Assembly: GCF_011386835.1 (NCBI RefSeq)
Contig: NC_088791.1
Location: 149,730,001-149,794,000 of the forward strand
Source: Chrysemys picta bellii
Taxonomy: Eukaryota
Reading direction: 5' to 3'
DNA: 64,000 nt
This document shows, piece after piece, positions 23,095 through 35,800 of the stretch (positions are counted from its first letter, which is position 1; each line of letters starts with the position of its first letter). The position numbers and the translations under genes were made by a program. The notes below the pieces were generated by a model. The model saw only the letters and a list, made by a program, of their open reading frames with translations. It was not told the DNA's origin and searched no databases.

Positions 23095-23725
23095 CAGTGG
23101 TTCTCAAACTTTTTTTTTTTTTTCCCACAGACCACTTGTTAATTGCTGAGGGTCTCAGCGGACCACTTAATGATCTTTCCAAATGTTGTTTGTACCATTA
23201 GCTAACTATTGTAAAGTGCTTTGGCTAAAAGAACTATATAAAAAAAATTAATAAGGTGTTTTTTTGTTCTACAAATAAAAGCACACAACTCATATTTTAA
23301 TATCAGTAGTCTTTTACCTTTCTAATGCAATGGATGTGCCCTCTCGCCCTCAAGCTGGGACTGGGAAGGAGGGCTGCCTCTCCTGGCAGCTGAAGCCCTG
23401 GAGCTGGGGAAAGTTGCCTCTTTCTCTGGCCGCTGCAGCCCTGCATGTCCCAAATTCCCCCCACTCCTCTTCTCACCCCACTGCCCCCTCCCACCTACCC
23501 CTATTCCCCACAAGCCACCACATCACCTTACATGTGCGTCTTCTCCAGGGTCTCAGGCACCCAATTAGTCACTAATTAGGTGGGTGGCCCTTTGTTTTCT
23601 CATGTGTGGCTGCCCAGGCGTGCACCTTAGAGGGAACTATCCACAGACCACCTGAATGGAGCTCGCAGACCACTGGTGGCTCGCAGACCACTGGTGGCCC
23701 ACGGACCACAGTTTGAGAACCTCTG
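23095..23725. mobile_element. hAT MITE with 8-bp TSD
   Basis: TIRs CAGTGGTTCTCAAACT / AGTTTGAGAACCTCTG; flanks cttttggg / ctttaggg (7/8). Confidence 0.85.
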
Positions 23726-26261
23726 CTTTAAGGGATTCTTGCACAAATGACTTACCAAAGGTCCCACAGCAAATTGGTGGCAGAGCTGGAAACAGAACCC
23801 ACATCTTCTGACTCATAGGTTAGCACGCTAACACTGCACCACATTTCTTCCTTACCCATTGACTATTTTTAGTGATATGCTGTCATTATTTTAATAAGGG
23901 GCTTCCTCGGAAACATCCCCTTGAGCTTATGATCTACAGTGTGCAGGTGGAATGTCAAAAATTGAGATGGAAAATGGATGGTCAAAAATTGAATGTTCTA
24001 AATGGAGACCGAACAATCAAAGGTGAAAAATTGTGTGTGGAAAATCAAAAATGTAAAATTAAATGTCAAAAATGGGAGTATGTAAAATTGAATCTATAAA
24101 CCTAAGTGTCAAAAATCAAGAATGTAAACTTGTCAGAAATATGCAGTGGAAAATTGAGTGGCAAATTATGAATGAAAAAATGCACTGTAGGGGAGAGCTA
24201 GGCCATTTGGATATTTTATGGCAGGACTTTCTTACTCCAGGGAAGGCCTTCGCCAGTTAGGTAGAAAGTGCCCTTTAAAAACTGAGCAGCACCCCAAGTT
24301 TGGCTGCATAAGAATGCATTCTGGCAGATTCTCACACCACCACAGCCTGAATTTGACCTATATACATGGAGGCATGGTGCTTGGTCTTTGCAAGGAAAAG
24401 TGTGTCTGATGTACTATTTCATACTACGTACTATTTCAAGTCATGTGAATGCTCTCATCCCAGCTGAGGGCTTGTTGACATGCAGTGGATTTGATTTTCA
24501 TGTGTACCACCCAGACATGTCTGTACAGAAGTGGATGAGTTCTATGTGTGTTCCACACAGACATTGCTTGCTGTTGGGAAGCAGTTGAGAACTACTTTTT
24601 AGGCATTTGGAAATCAGACACACTCTATCAGTTGATAGTTTGACAGACATTTTCACAACAGGCACAAGAAATAAAACACATCACCTCCCAGGCTGGAACC
24701 GTACAGCTGTCTGCAAAGGAACATCTTTGCTTTTCCTGGATAACTCTCTGGAGACCAACACCTGCAGGATTTGAACTCAGGTCATCTGACCCTGTGGGTG
24801 AGAACCATACTACCTGGCCTCCAGCCACTTGCAGGGTCTGTCTACCTGAGAGGAAGGCTTTTGCCAGTTTCATACAAACTTTGCCAGCATCCAAAGTTTC
24901 ACAAGCTCAAAGTTTCACAAGTTTTCCAGTTTTCTGCCACAGTCTCGCACCCCAAAGCCTGACCCAGACGCAACTACCACGGTAACATCCCTTTTTCATT
25001 TGCAAGGAAAAGCACTGGACGATGTATTATGTCACAGAGATGGTAGTCACGTGAGTACTCTCATCCCAGCAAAGGGCTTGCTGAAATGCAGTAGATTTTG
25101 TTTATATGTATACTGCACAGACGCACCTTTAGAGCAGTGAATGAGTTTTACACGTCTGCCACAGAGACAGGCATCACCACCTCTCCTACCTCCAGCTGAA
25201 TCCCAAACATCAGCTTTGATGAAACAAGATCAGACTTTAATAACAATTCCAGCCCATCTCAGCTAACTTATTCTCTTTTCCCCAGAAAGACAGTTATTAC
25301 TATTTTTGATACCATCTAAGAGACGGCGGGTTTTTTTCTTCTAAAATCCCTTTCCAGCTAAAGGGAACAAAGGATGTTGTTAAATGAAAGCCTTATTTAA
25401 AATTACGTTTCAAATGCTTTGTTGCTTTTTTCCTTATTTTTATCTTTAATAAAAGGCTACAAGAATTGTTAATGACGTGTGGTATGAAGCAGGCTGAGGT
25501 CTCGGTTTATAAAATCCCAAACCTAGTTTAACATTGTTTAATGTTGGACAGTGACTGGGTTATTTTAACGTCTTTGGGCCCTATATTCCATCTCAATTAA
25601 TACAGCAAGTTCTGCAGACAACAGCCACTACCCAACCCTTATCGCTGTCCATCCTGTGCACTGAATGAGTCAGGGTTTCCTGTGGGAAAAAATAGCTTGT
25701 GGTCGTGCAGTTAAGACTATCATAATGCACTCTAACACGGGGGCTGAATTAAAGTTTCACGGGCAATCTCAGTGCTGGCATTTCCTAACTTTGGATTCTT
25801 TGACAATGCAACCTTAGTGCTCTTGTAATGTAGGTGTCTTTAGGATGTAATTTCTGAAGTTTTTCAAAACAGAAATTCCATCACATGGAAACATATTGAC
25901 CCCCATTTTGGGTCATTGGGGGGGTTCAGACCTTTAGAGCCACAACATAGACCTTGCCCACTTGAGCTGTCAGCGTATCTGGTAGTAGCAGTAGGCTGAG
26001 TTTCACAACTATTTGCTGACAGCAGAGGGTTGCAGAGACTCAGGCCTACTGGGTTCTGTTCCAGGGTCTGTAGGGCAGTGTGCTCAAGAGGTTATAGACC
26101 CTTCTGTCCCTGTCCCCCTTACACCCCTTAAGTCTGTCTCTATTCCCCTACCCTTCCTTCCTGCCCCTAACCAGGCAGAGGCAGACACCCAGCATGGAAC
26201 ATTTCAGCTTGATGTTAAAGGTTGTTAAAATTATAAGCAATTGAAAACAGGGTGTTTTAAT

Positions 26262-26744
26262 TAAGGCTATGATTCTGTCACAGGTCTTTTTAGTAAAAGT
26301 CAAACAAAAATTCACTGAAGCCTGGGACCTCTCCCTGACTTTTACTACAATGCCTGGGAGAGGGGGCAAACAGCGCTGCTCCAGCCCCACCGCTGCTTCT
26401 GTGGCAGGGGCTGATGACTGCTGCTGCAGCCCTGGGGGGGGGGGGGGCTGACCCAAAACCAGTGGCTTCTCTGGCAGGCCAGGGACTGCTGTTCTGGTGG
26501 CCCTGGGGCTGGCCGCCTGTCAACTGTTCTGGCTGCCCGTAGGAACAACTGACTGGCAGCCAGCCCAGGGCACAGAACAGCTGACCAGAAGCCAGCCCCT
26601 GGATCGCAGAAACAGCTGACCTGCGACACCCTGGCTGGCCGCCAGTCAGCTGTTCCTGGGGCTGACAACTGCTCCAGCCCTGCCCCAGAAGAAGTCACAG
26701 AGGTCCCAGAAAGTCATGGAATCTGTGACAGAATCGTAGCCTTA
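26262..26744. mobile_element. TIR element (hAT-like MITE)
   Basis: 22-bp TIRs TAAGGCTATGATTCTGTCACAG / CTGTGACAGAATCGTAGCCTTA; flanks gttttaat / cttataat (6/8). Confidence 0.8.
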
Positions 26745-28592
26745 CTTATAATGAAAAGTGTCAGGTGCCTTTTACTACAGGCATCGCTACCCGCACTGCC
26801 TATAACATAAAATGAGGCAGCATCATCCAATGATAAGGCACTGGAGTGGGAATCAGGAGAGATGAATTCTGTTCCTGGTTCTGTCCCTCACAGGCTTCTA
26901 TTTCCCTCCTCGCTATGTCTGTCTTGTCTATTTAGAGTGTAAGCTCTTTGGGGACCGTGACTGTCTCTTTCTATGTGTCTGTTCATCACCCAGCATGTTG
27001 GGACCTCTTGGTGCTACGGTACTATACACTGATCTTCATCCGTTTTTGTCCTGTTCTTTTATAATGTCACGAATTAGACCACACATTGTGTTTCTTCAGT
27101 TGTCCATATTTAAATTATCCCAGTGTTCTCAGGTTTAGATCAAAGTGCATTTTAAATCCCGAGCCAGGCTCCATTGTTGTTCCCCATACCAGTCATAATA
27201 ATTATTTTTTGTTCTCTCTCATAAGATAGTTTGTGAACTTGGGCCATATTTGAGGGTATCTTCCCATACTAGTTCTTTTCTTGTATGTCACCTGTTCCAT
27301 TTATTCTCATCAGGTGCATAGCAAGTCCTCATTTGGTTGTTAACAGAGGGAGAGAGATGCAAAGGCTCCAACATCCAAACATTTCCCAGCCATCACGGTT
27401 AGTATACGTAGCTCTGGTGTGGCTGGCATTTCAATACCTGTCATCTTTTGTTAATGTGGCAAAAATCTTGGTCAAGATTTTCAAAAGTGACTAGTGATTC
27501 TGGGTGCTCAGCTTGAGACTTTTTAAAAGGGCTGGAGTTCCAGAAACAGCTGAGCACCAACTCTCTGAAAATCAAGCCCCTTTAAGGTGTTTCAAGTGGA
27601 ATGCCCAAAATCACTAGTCATTTTTTAAATTCTTGGTCATATTTGTGGTTATGTTTGCATTGCATATCCATGGAAAGATGCATCCACCTGTATATAGCAT
27701 TTGGGACAGTATTTAGAGTTTCCTCCACTGATTTTTGCCAATTTCCTTAGTGTCATGTACACTAGATGTTTTATAGCATATAATCACATGACATGCATTA
27801 ATGGAGATGGGGAAACTAACCCACAGAAAGGTGAAGTAACTTGCCCAAGATCATGCAATGAGTGAGCCAAGAACAGAATTAATCTCTCATCACGACTTCC
27901 TATCTAGTGCCCTCTCCACTGGCCTGGCTGCCCTATGCTGCTTCCCTTGCAGGGAGGGGTCCAAAGCCAAACAAAATGATCAGCGGTTTTGTAAATGGCT
28001 AGTAAAGGGACACCGCAAAAATAACCTAATACAAAATAAGACTGTATTATTGATTACTTAACATTTTATATAGTGCCTTCTATCACCAAAACACTTTAAA
28101 AACATTCACTGATTAATCCAGGTAAATATTATTATTTCCACTTTACAAATGGGGAAACAGAGGCACAGAGAGCCAACATGACTTGAACACACAAGTCTTC
28201 CTGTCTTTGTTGTTAGTGACGTCCAAAATCATTACAATTTAAAGCATTGTAAAATGCAGTATACGTTTCACCACTTGTGCTGTTTCTAGGGTGTGTTCTC
28301 ACTCTGTTTGGACAGTGCAATGGCTCAGTTTCACTTTCTGATTTTCATAACTCCTGCCCTGCAATAGCAGCTGCTGTTGTGTTTGGGTTTGTAAAGCGTT
28401 AAAAAAGATCTCAGAACAGTATTGAAATGCCAGGCCTGCTCCTCCGCTGCTGTAAACCATCAGTGTTCCAGCACAATCAGCGGAATTACCCCAATTGACA
28501 CCAGCTGCGGGGCTGGCTAGTTGGCAATGTCGCTTTCATAGCTATTGGGTGGCAGTGTGTGTGCTGTAGTAATATGCACACATAATGTATCT

Positions 28593-28608
28593 AGTGCCCC
28601 CTGGTGAC
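28593..28608 (-). promoter_or_regulatory. CTCF-like core motif
   Basis: Minus strand GTCACCAGGGGGCACT matches the CTCF core consensus; lies in apparently TE-free sequence. Confidence 0.45.
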
Positions 28609-29221
28609 AGGTGCAATTACAGCCCTCAAACTGAATGCCTGTTGGACTACACTACCTAGAATCTTTCACAGGAAGTTGTGTTGCCAACGCCTTCTAAAAT
28701 CATGCGACTGGCTTAAAAATCACTAGATTTTCTTTTAAATGTTGGGGATGGGGCTTATTTACATTCTGGTGTTTGAGCCTTTAGTGTTTGTTTCCAACCT
28801 TTTGTCTGCAAGTACTGGAGCTAGAAACATGTTTAGTCTTCTTACAGGAAAGCTGAGATCCTTGTGCAGGACTCCAGGAGCTGAGGCTTTAAGAAAAATA
28901 CCATGACCCTGGCACTAAAAGTGTGAGAGCTGCTCGCACCATATGGGCGTGTGCCAGGAGTTTGAAAGTATAAACACGGGAGATTGTTAGTAGCAAATCT
29001 TAAATTCTGGGGGGTTCTTATACAAAAAATAAAATCCCACATGTGCACAGTGTACACTAATGCTTAACGATCCTCATTGCAGGCACAGACTGTTGTAAGT
29101 AGATACCATAATTTCTTTATTCTAACTGACCTGTGCATAAACCAGTCGTGCAGACTAACTTTTAACACTATTAGTCTAAATATCTCAGTTTCTCAACCAG
29201 AGGGAAGTGAGGTCTTGGGCT

Positions 29222-29445
29222 CTGAGTACATAAACTGCAAGGGGTACTTTTCAATGGTGCTGCAAGCACTGGTGGATCACAAGGGATGTTTCACCAACAT
29301 CAACGTGGGCTGGCCGGGAAGGGTTCATGATGCTCGCATCTTCAGGAACACTACTGTGTTTAAACGGCTGCAGCAAGGGACTTACTTCCCGGACCAGAAA
29401 ATAACTGTTGGGGATGACTGGCCAGGCTACGGTGTGAAAGTTCTG
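29222..29445 (+). pseudogene. Harbinger DDE nuclease fragment
   Basis: EYINCKGYFSMVLQALVDHKGCFTNINVGWPGRVHDARIFRNT..LQQGTYFPDQKITVGD, then jumps to the C-terminal ..TGQATV* segment (internal deletion near 29416). Confidence 0.88.
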
Positions 29446-29679
29446 TTTGTTTCTCCTTGATGAAAACCCGCCCCCTTGATTGACTCATTCTCTGTAAGCA
29501 ACCCATCTCCCCCTTCGATCACAGCTTGCTTTCAAAGGAAATAAAGTCACTATCATTTAAAAATCATTTATTCTTTATTAATTGATTATAAACATAGGGA
29601 GAGAACCGACAAGGTAACCCGGATGAGGTTTGGGAGGAGGATAGGAGGGAAGTAAAAGGCCACTGAAAAAGTTTAAAAT

Positions 29680-31761
29680 AATGACAGCCTTTTGGTTGGG
29701 CTGTCCACTGGGGTGGAGTGGGAGGGTGCGCGGAGTTCCCCCCCCCCCCCGCATTCTTACACGTCTGGGTGAGGAGGCTATGGAACATGGTGATGGAGGA
29801 GGGTGGTTATACAGGGGCTGCCGCGGCGCTCTGTGATCCTGCTGTCGTTCCTGAAGCTCCACCAGACGCTGGAGCATGTCCGTTTGCTCACGCAGCAGCC
29901 CCAGCGTTGCATCCTGCCTCCTCTGATCTTCCTGCCACCACTTCTCATCTCGAGCATCTCTCCTTTCCTCACGTTGATCCCTCATGTCCTCACGTTCACT
30001 GGCATCTTTCCTGTACTTTGATACCGTGTCCTTCCACACATTCAGATGAGCTCTTTCATTGCGGGTCCATTCCATGATTTCAGAGAACATTTAGTCTCTT
30101 GTCCTTTTTTTTTTTGCTGCCCTATCGGAGATAACCTTCGGGACGGAGGAGGGAGGCTTGAAAAATTTGCAGCTGCGGAAGGGAGGGAAAAAAGGTAGAG
30201 AAGTATTTTAAAAGATACATTTTATAGAATAATGCTTATACTCTTTCACAGTGAACAACACTATTCACATTACATAGCACGTGTTTTCTGTACAAGGTCA
30301 CTTTTTGCATCTTAATATTGAGTGCCTGCGGCTTTGGTGTTCGAGAGCACAGATGCAGGTCCGGGCAACAGAATTCAGCTTGCATGTGGCCATGGTAAGC
30401 CATTGTCTTTCGGCTTCTGTAGCCTTCAGAAAAGCAGCGCCCTGCTTTCCCACATACCAAGCAAAGCCCATTGAGTGCTGTGGTTTTCCTGTTAACGTGC
30501 AGCAGCAGAAACCAAACTAACGCCCCCCCCCACCCATCCAATTCTCTGGGATGATAGCTTTATCCCTCCCCCCCCCCACCACCATGTGGCTGGTATCAGG
30601 GAAGATCCCTGCAGAAACCAACTAATCCCCCCCCCCATTGCTTTACCCCTCCCTCCACTGCGTGGCTGGTATCAGGGAAGATCCCTGCTAGCCAAACGTG
30701 AAAAGCTCAGCACCAATGATCCCCCTCTCCCCCCGCTTGGCTAACTGCAGGGAAGGATTTCTTTGCAGCCACAGGCAAACAGCTCAGTAGGAATGGCCAC
30801 CTCTGTCCCCTTAATTAAATTCCCGTATTTCAACCAGGTTACCATGAGCGATATCACTCTCCTGAGGATAACACAGCGAGATAAAGAACGGATGTTGCTT
30901 GAATGCCAGCAAACCCCGGGACCATACGCTGCTAGGCTTTGTCATGCAATGATACCAGATTACTTGCTACTAGCATTGCATGGTCAAGTGTCCTACCATG
31001 GAGGACGGAATAAGGCTGCACTGCCCAGAAACCTTGTGGAAAGGCTTTTGGAGTACCTCCAGGAGAGCTTCATGGAGATGTCCCTGGAGGATTTCCGCTC
31101 CATCCCCAGACACGTTAAAAGACTTTTCCAGTAGCTGTACTGGCCGCAAATGCATCCCAAGTCCTTGGCAAATTAATCATTAAAAAACGCTTGCTTTTAA
31201 ACCGTGTTTTATATTTACAAAGGTACGCTCACTGGAAGTCCCTTCCATGGCCTCATTGTCTGGGGATTGGGAGGATACTTCAGTCAGGCTGAGAAAAAGA
31301 TCCTGCCTGTTGGGGAGGACGTAGTGCTGTGTGCTCTCCCCCAGCTCGTCGTCATCCTCCTCCTCATCATCTTCCCCGTCTGCAGAATCCTCAGGTATGG
31401 CTGAGATTACCCCTGCCTCGGAATCCACGGTCAGAGGTAGGGTAGTGGTGGCGGCCCCCCCGAGAATTGCATGTAGCTCAGCGTAGAAGCGGCATGTCTG
31501 TGGCTCTGCCCCGGACCTTCTGTTTGCTTCTTTGGTTTTCTGGTAGGCTTGTCTGAGCTCCTTAACTTTCACGTGGCACTGTAGTGAGTCCCTATTGTGG
31601 CCTCTCTCCATCATGCCCTTGGAGATTTTTTTAAATGTTTTGGCATTTTGTCTTTTGGAACGTAGTTCTGCTAGCACGGAATCCTCTCCCCATATAACGA
31701 TCAGATCCAGTACCTCCCGTACGGCCCATGCTGGTGCTCTTTTTCGATTCTCGGACTGCAT
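29680..31761 (-). pseudogene. Harbinger Myb/SANT-like DNA-binding gene (exons ~31761-31233 and ~30172-29680), inactivated
   Basis: MQSENRKRAPAWAVREVLDLIVIWGEDSV..QCHVKVKELRQAYQKTKEAN..CRFYAELHAILGG; donor A|GTGAG at 31232; acceptor ttccgcAG at 30173; in-frame TAA near 30093 and homopolymer frameshifts in exon 2. Confidence 0.85.
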
Positions 31762-32249
31762 GGTTACCTTTACTGATGAGCTCTGCGTGGTCACCTGTGC
31801 TCTCCACGCTGGGCAAACAGGAAATGAAATTCAAAAGTTCGCGGGGCTTTTCTTGTCTACTTGGCCAGTGCATCCGAGTTCAGATTGCTGTCCAGAGCGG
31901 TCACAATGGTGCACTGTGGGATAGCTCCTGAAGGCCAATACCGTCGAATTGCGGCCACACTAACCCTAATTCAAAATGGCAATACTGATTTCAGCGCTAC
32001 TCTCCTCGTCGGGGAGGAGTATAGATATCGATATTAAGAGCCCTTTATATTGAAGTAAAGGGCTTCATTGTGTGGATGGGTGCAGAGTTAATTCGGTTTA
32101 ACGCTGCTAAATTCGAGATAAACTCGTAGTGTAGACCAGGCCTTTGTTTCATGGTAGCACCCAGACGTCCTAGATGAGATCAGGGCCCTACCACAAGGCA
32201 TTGTATGCTAAGTTCCCTATAAGCTGCGCAGCTGCGCGGCCACGCAGTC

Positions 32250-32884
32250 ACGCAGCAGCCTATTTAGTGCCATGCAGGTGTTCAGGGAACCTGCCTGGAC
32301 CTGACCTGCCGCGGCTGGGGGAAGGGCACCCCTCCCCCGGCCCCAACTCAGCCTCGGACCTGCCGCAGCCAGGGCAGGGGTGGCCCGCAGCCAGCTCCTT
32401 GGCCCAAACCTCCCGGGGGAGGGGTGCCTATTCCGCAGCCCCAGCCCCGGAGCTGCTGTGGCGGGGAGAGGGCGCCCCCCCCCCCCCCAGCACAGATGCT
32501 GCTGTGAGAAGAGAGAGCTGGGGGGAGACCTCTCTCCCTGCTGTAGCCCCAAAGCACCCTCCTGCACCCCAAACTCCTCATCCCTAGCCCCACCCCAGAG
32601 CCCGCACCCCCAGCTGGAGCCCTCACCCCCGCATACATCCCCCCCAACCCTCTGCTTGAGCCCCTCATCCCCAGCCCAGAGCCCGCACCCCTAGCCGCAG
32701 CCCTCACACCTCTGCACTCCAACCCTCTGCCCCAGCCCTGAGCCCACTCCCACAGTCCGAACCCCACCCCCACCCCGTGAATTTTGTTATGTGCACCACT
32801 ACGAAGGTGATGTGTCACAGCTCACCTCCATATTGGTGCACATAACAAAATTAATTCTGCACATGTGGGGGGGAAATTAGAGGG
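32250..32884. mobile_element. GC-rich non-autonomous DNA element with subterminal palindrome
   Basis: C-rich body typical of the window's hAT MITEs; ends ..gggggaaattagaggg; 19-bp perfect inverted repeat at 32780-32852. Confidence 0.55.
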
Positions 32885-35800
32885 GTATGTACACATAGTA
32901 AGAGATTGTCCCTGCCCTTAAGAGTTTATAGTATAAATGGACAAAGGCAGTATTATCAACCCCATTTTATAGATGTGTAAATCAGCCCCAGAGAGTTTAA
33001 CTAAGTTGCCCCCAATGTCACACAGGGCATTTGTGTTAGTTGGAAATTGAACCCAGGTTTTCTGAGTCCAACTTAGTCTTAATTCCAGGACTATCCAGTT
33101 CTGAATGTAGCTCTCTGTAGCCTTGGGTGAGGGGCTTAACTTCTCTTACTCACTTTTCCCATCTCTAAAATAGGAATAATACTTAAGTACATCATCTGGT
33201 TGGGCACCTAGCATCTGCTAGACAGACCCCTAGAACAAAGATCACCAGTAAGTTACCACAGCAGAGATTTGAGCTGGGAGCATCCCCCTGGCTGAGTAAA
33301 TCGAAACCATGCTGAGTTGGTCTGAGCCCAGGTCCTCCTCCCTTTGAGCAGGTAGGAACTCTAATGAGCTGATCTCTGGCAAGGACTGAATTGGTGTCAG
33401 CTAGAAATCGGCCTTTGCAACTCTTGCAATTTTTTTTGCCAAATTAAATGGAATTTGTTCATAAATTCAACCAGGAGTTTGTGCACTTCTGTGTGCCGAT
33501 GTTGTGTGATGCCTATAATACAACTGTCCACGAGGGGTCTCACTGGTATCAGTGATTATTTTGCAGCCATATCGTAGCTGGCAAAAGACATCTCTCTGAT
33601 GTGAGAGGCTGCCTGCTGTAGTTTCTCAGGACAGGGAGTGGTGCTGTTTTTCATATAATTACTCGGCCACACAAACTTTGATTTTCTATTGTGCTAAGCT
33701 CCTTCTTAGCTCACAATGAGAGCAAACCTGGGCAGCTCTGGGGTGTGTGTCTATCAGGTGCTGCTCTGAAGACAGGTGTTTGTGGGGGATTAAATACAAA
33801 TGTCATTGAAGATTCCTGCACTTTTGTATTTCAGGAGATAAAAATAACACCTGGGATTTTAGGAGAGGTGGGGTGGGGATGGATTTAATTTTACAGACCA
33901 GTTTTTAAAGGTTTCCTGCTAAAAGGCCCCGGTAATGGATCGGTCAGAGAACTATGGCAGTACATTTGCTGGAGAAGGCCCTTTCATGTAAACAATAATA
34001 TTTGTGCTTCTATAGCGCCTTCAATCCTAAGATCCCACCATGCTTTACATGTCTACACACAGGTGGTGTTCCACTTTATATTGTATATTTAATAATAATA
34101 ATATCTGTCTCCTGTTTGATAGTTTAGTCAGTATCATCCCCATTTTACAGGTGGGAAAACTGAGGCCCATCAAGGGTACATGACATGGCCAACACCCCAC
34201 AATGAATCTGAGGTACAGCCAGAGATAGCACCAAGTCCTACTTTCCTGTTCTAACTGCTAGCCACTCACTGTTTGCCATTGCCACCTCTTTCATTTTAGG
34301 CTCTGCTTTCAGTAAGATAACTGCCCACGGAGCCAGGCTGGAAAACGGCCATGTGCAAAAGAAACTAATTGCACACGATGGAGATGTACTCTGCCAAATC
34401 CCCCATTACATAAAGAAAAGACCTGCTTCAGGCTTTATAGTTCAGCTGAATTATTGCTGACTGTCTGGATCACAAAAGGCAACTAATGCATTGCTTTGGC
34501 CAACAGAGCAAACCGAATGCGCTGCCAGAGCCCCAATTGCCAGAGTGATGATAAGCAAAGAAATGGACCTTGAAAACTGTCCCCTTTTCTCCACAGATCA
34601 AACCGTGGGATGAATTAAACGCAATTTGCAAAGAGCTTGAAAAAAAATGGTTTTTGGCTTCTGTGTAGTGGATAAAAGGAGGCTACATGGGGCGGTGGGG
34701 GGAAGGGAGAGGGGAGGTGTCCGCTTTATTTTTATCTTAGAAATATCAGGGATATCTGACATTCCCATGTTTTTCTGGGAGATCTATTGGCGTTTTCAGG
34801 AGGACTTAAATATTGGGAGCCCTCATACCTTATCTGAAAGGAAGGTAGTGTCGAGTCTTTTAATGAAGACCTCCTTTCTCACCAGTGTTGCTTAGGCATT
34901 GGGGTTAAAGTGCCATTTACAAAACAAAACAAAAATAAGAGTTTGGCAGAGTACAAAAATTCCCTCTCCTCGCTGTTGCTTGGCTTTCACTCTTCTCTCA
35001 TTTTGATACAATTTCAGGAGTTTTCTAGGCTAGATAGACTTAAGTCTTCCGGGCTCCTTAAGTCCTGCATTTCTCATGGAAGAAAGCAAACAGAAAAATG
35101 CAACTTATTTTTTTAAACAAACCACTTTCAGACCATTCTAAAAAAACACAAGGGAACAAGCTCAATTTCTTTTTCTTTGGAGGCTGCCTTGAAGGGAGGG
35201 AGAATATCTAGTATCATGAGATCAAGAGCCAGAACTCCTGGGTTCTCATCTCAGTTTTCTTTGGTCATTTGCTGTGTGGCCTTCGGAAAGTCCCGTAACC
35301 TCTCAGTGCCACTACTACTTACCCATCGGTAAAATAATAACTGCTGCTGTTAGGATTTTTCTCAGGTTTTTGCCTAAAGGGGGTGATTACAGGGAACGTA
35401 ACATGCTTAATGGTTGGGCTGGAGTCACTTGTTACCATATGTTATGAACTAGTGTGTATTGTTTTACATTTTGTATCTGCCCCAAAAGACAGTGTGATGG
35501 GTGCATAGGATAAAGTGCAAAATATATACAAGAAAGAAATATTTGTCTGCCTCCTGGGGATGATTTGAGGATTAATGGATGTTTGCAAGGCACTCAGATC
35601 CTCAAGTGAAAGGTGGTCTCCAGGGCAAGAACATTATTAATTAATCAGGATGGGGATGAGTCAACACCCCCCATCCTGCTCACTCTCCCCCCCAACCCAC
35701 CCCAGCTTTGGGGAAGATCATCTCTGGATCTGAAACGTCTAACTCAGGCGCAGTGCCAATGTAACAATGTAAATGAAAACAACCTTCTATTTGGTGTCAG

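Larger units (their letters stand above)
29222..32142. mobile_element. PIF/Harbinger transposon, left-truncated and internally deleted (convergent nuclease and Myb/SANT genes)
   Basis: DDE nuclease fragment on +, spliced Myb-like gene on -, right TIR tagtgtagaccaggcc at ~32127-32142. Confidence 0.9.

Noticed and set aside
31180-31794. 204-aa Myb/SANT ORF as a domesticated host gene (ZSCAN/MSANTD-like)
   Set aside because: It lies inside a Harbinger with TIR and nuclease partner; exon 2 carries a stop and frameshifts.
33835-33867. 33-nt symmetric mini-exon (GDKNNTWDFRR)
   Set aside because: Isolated, weak donor (GTGGGG), no partner exons; expected by chance.
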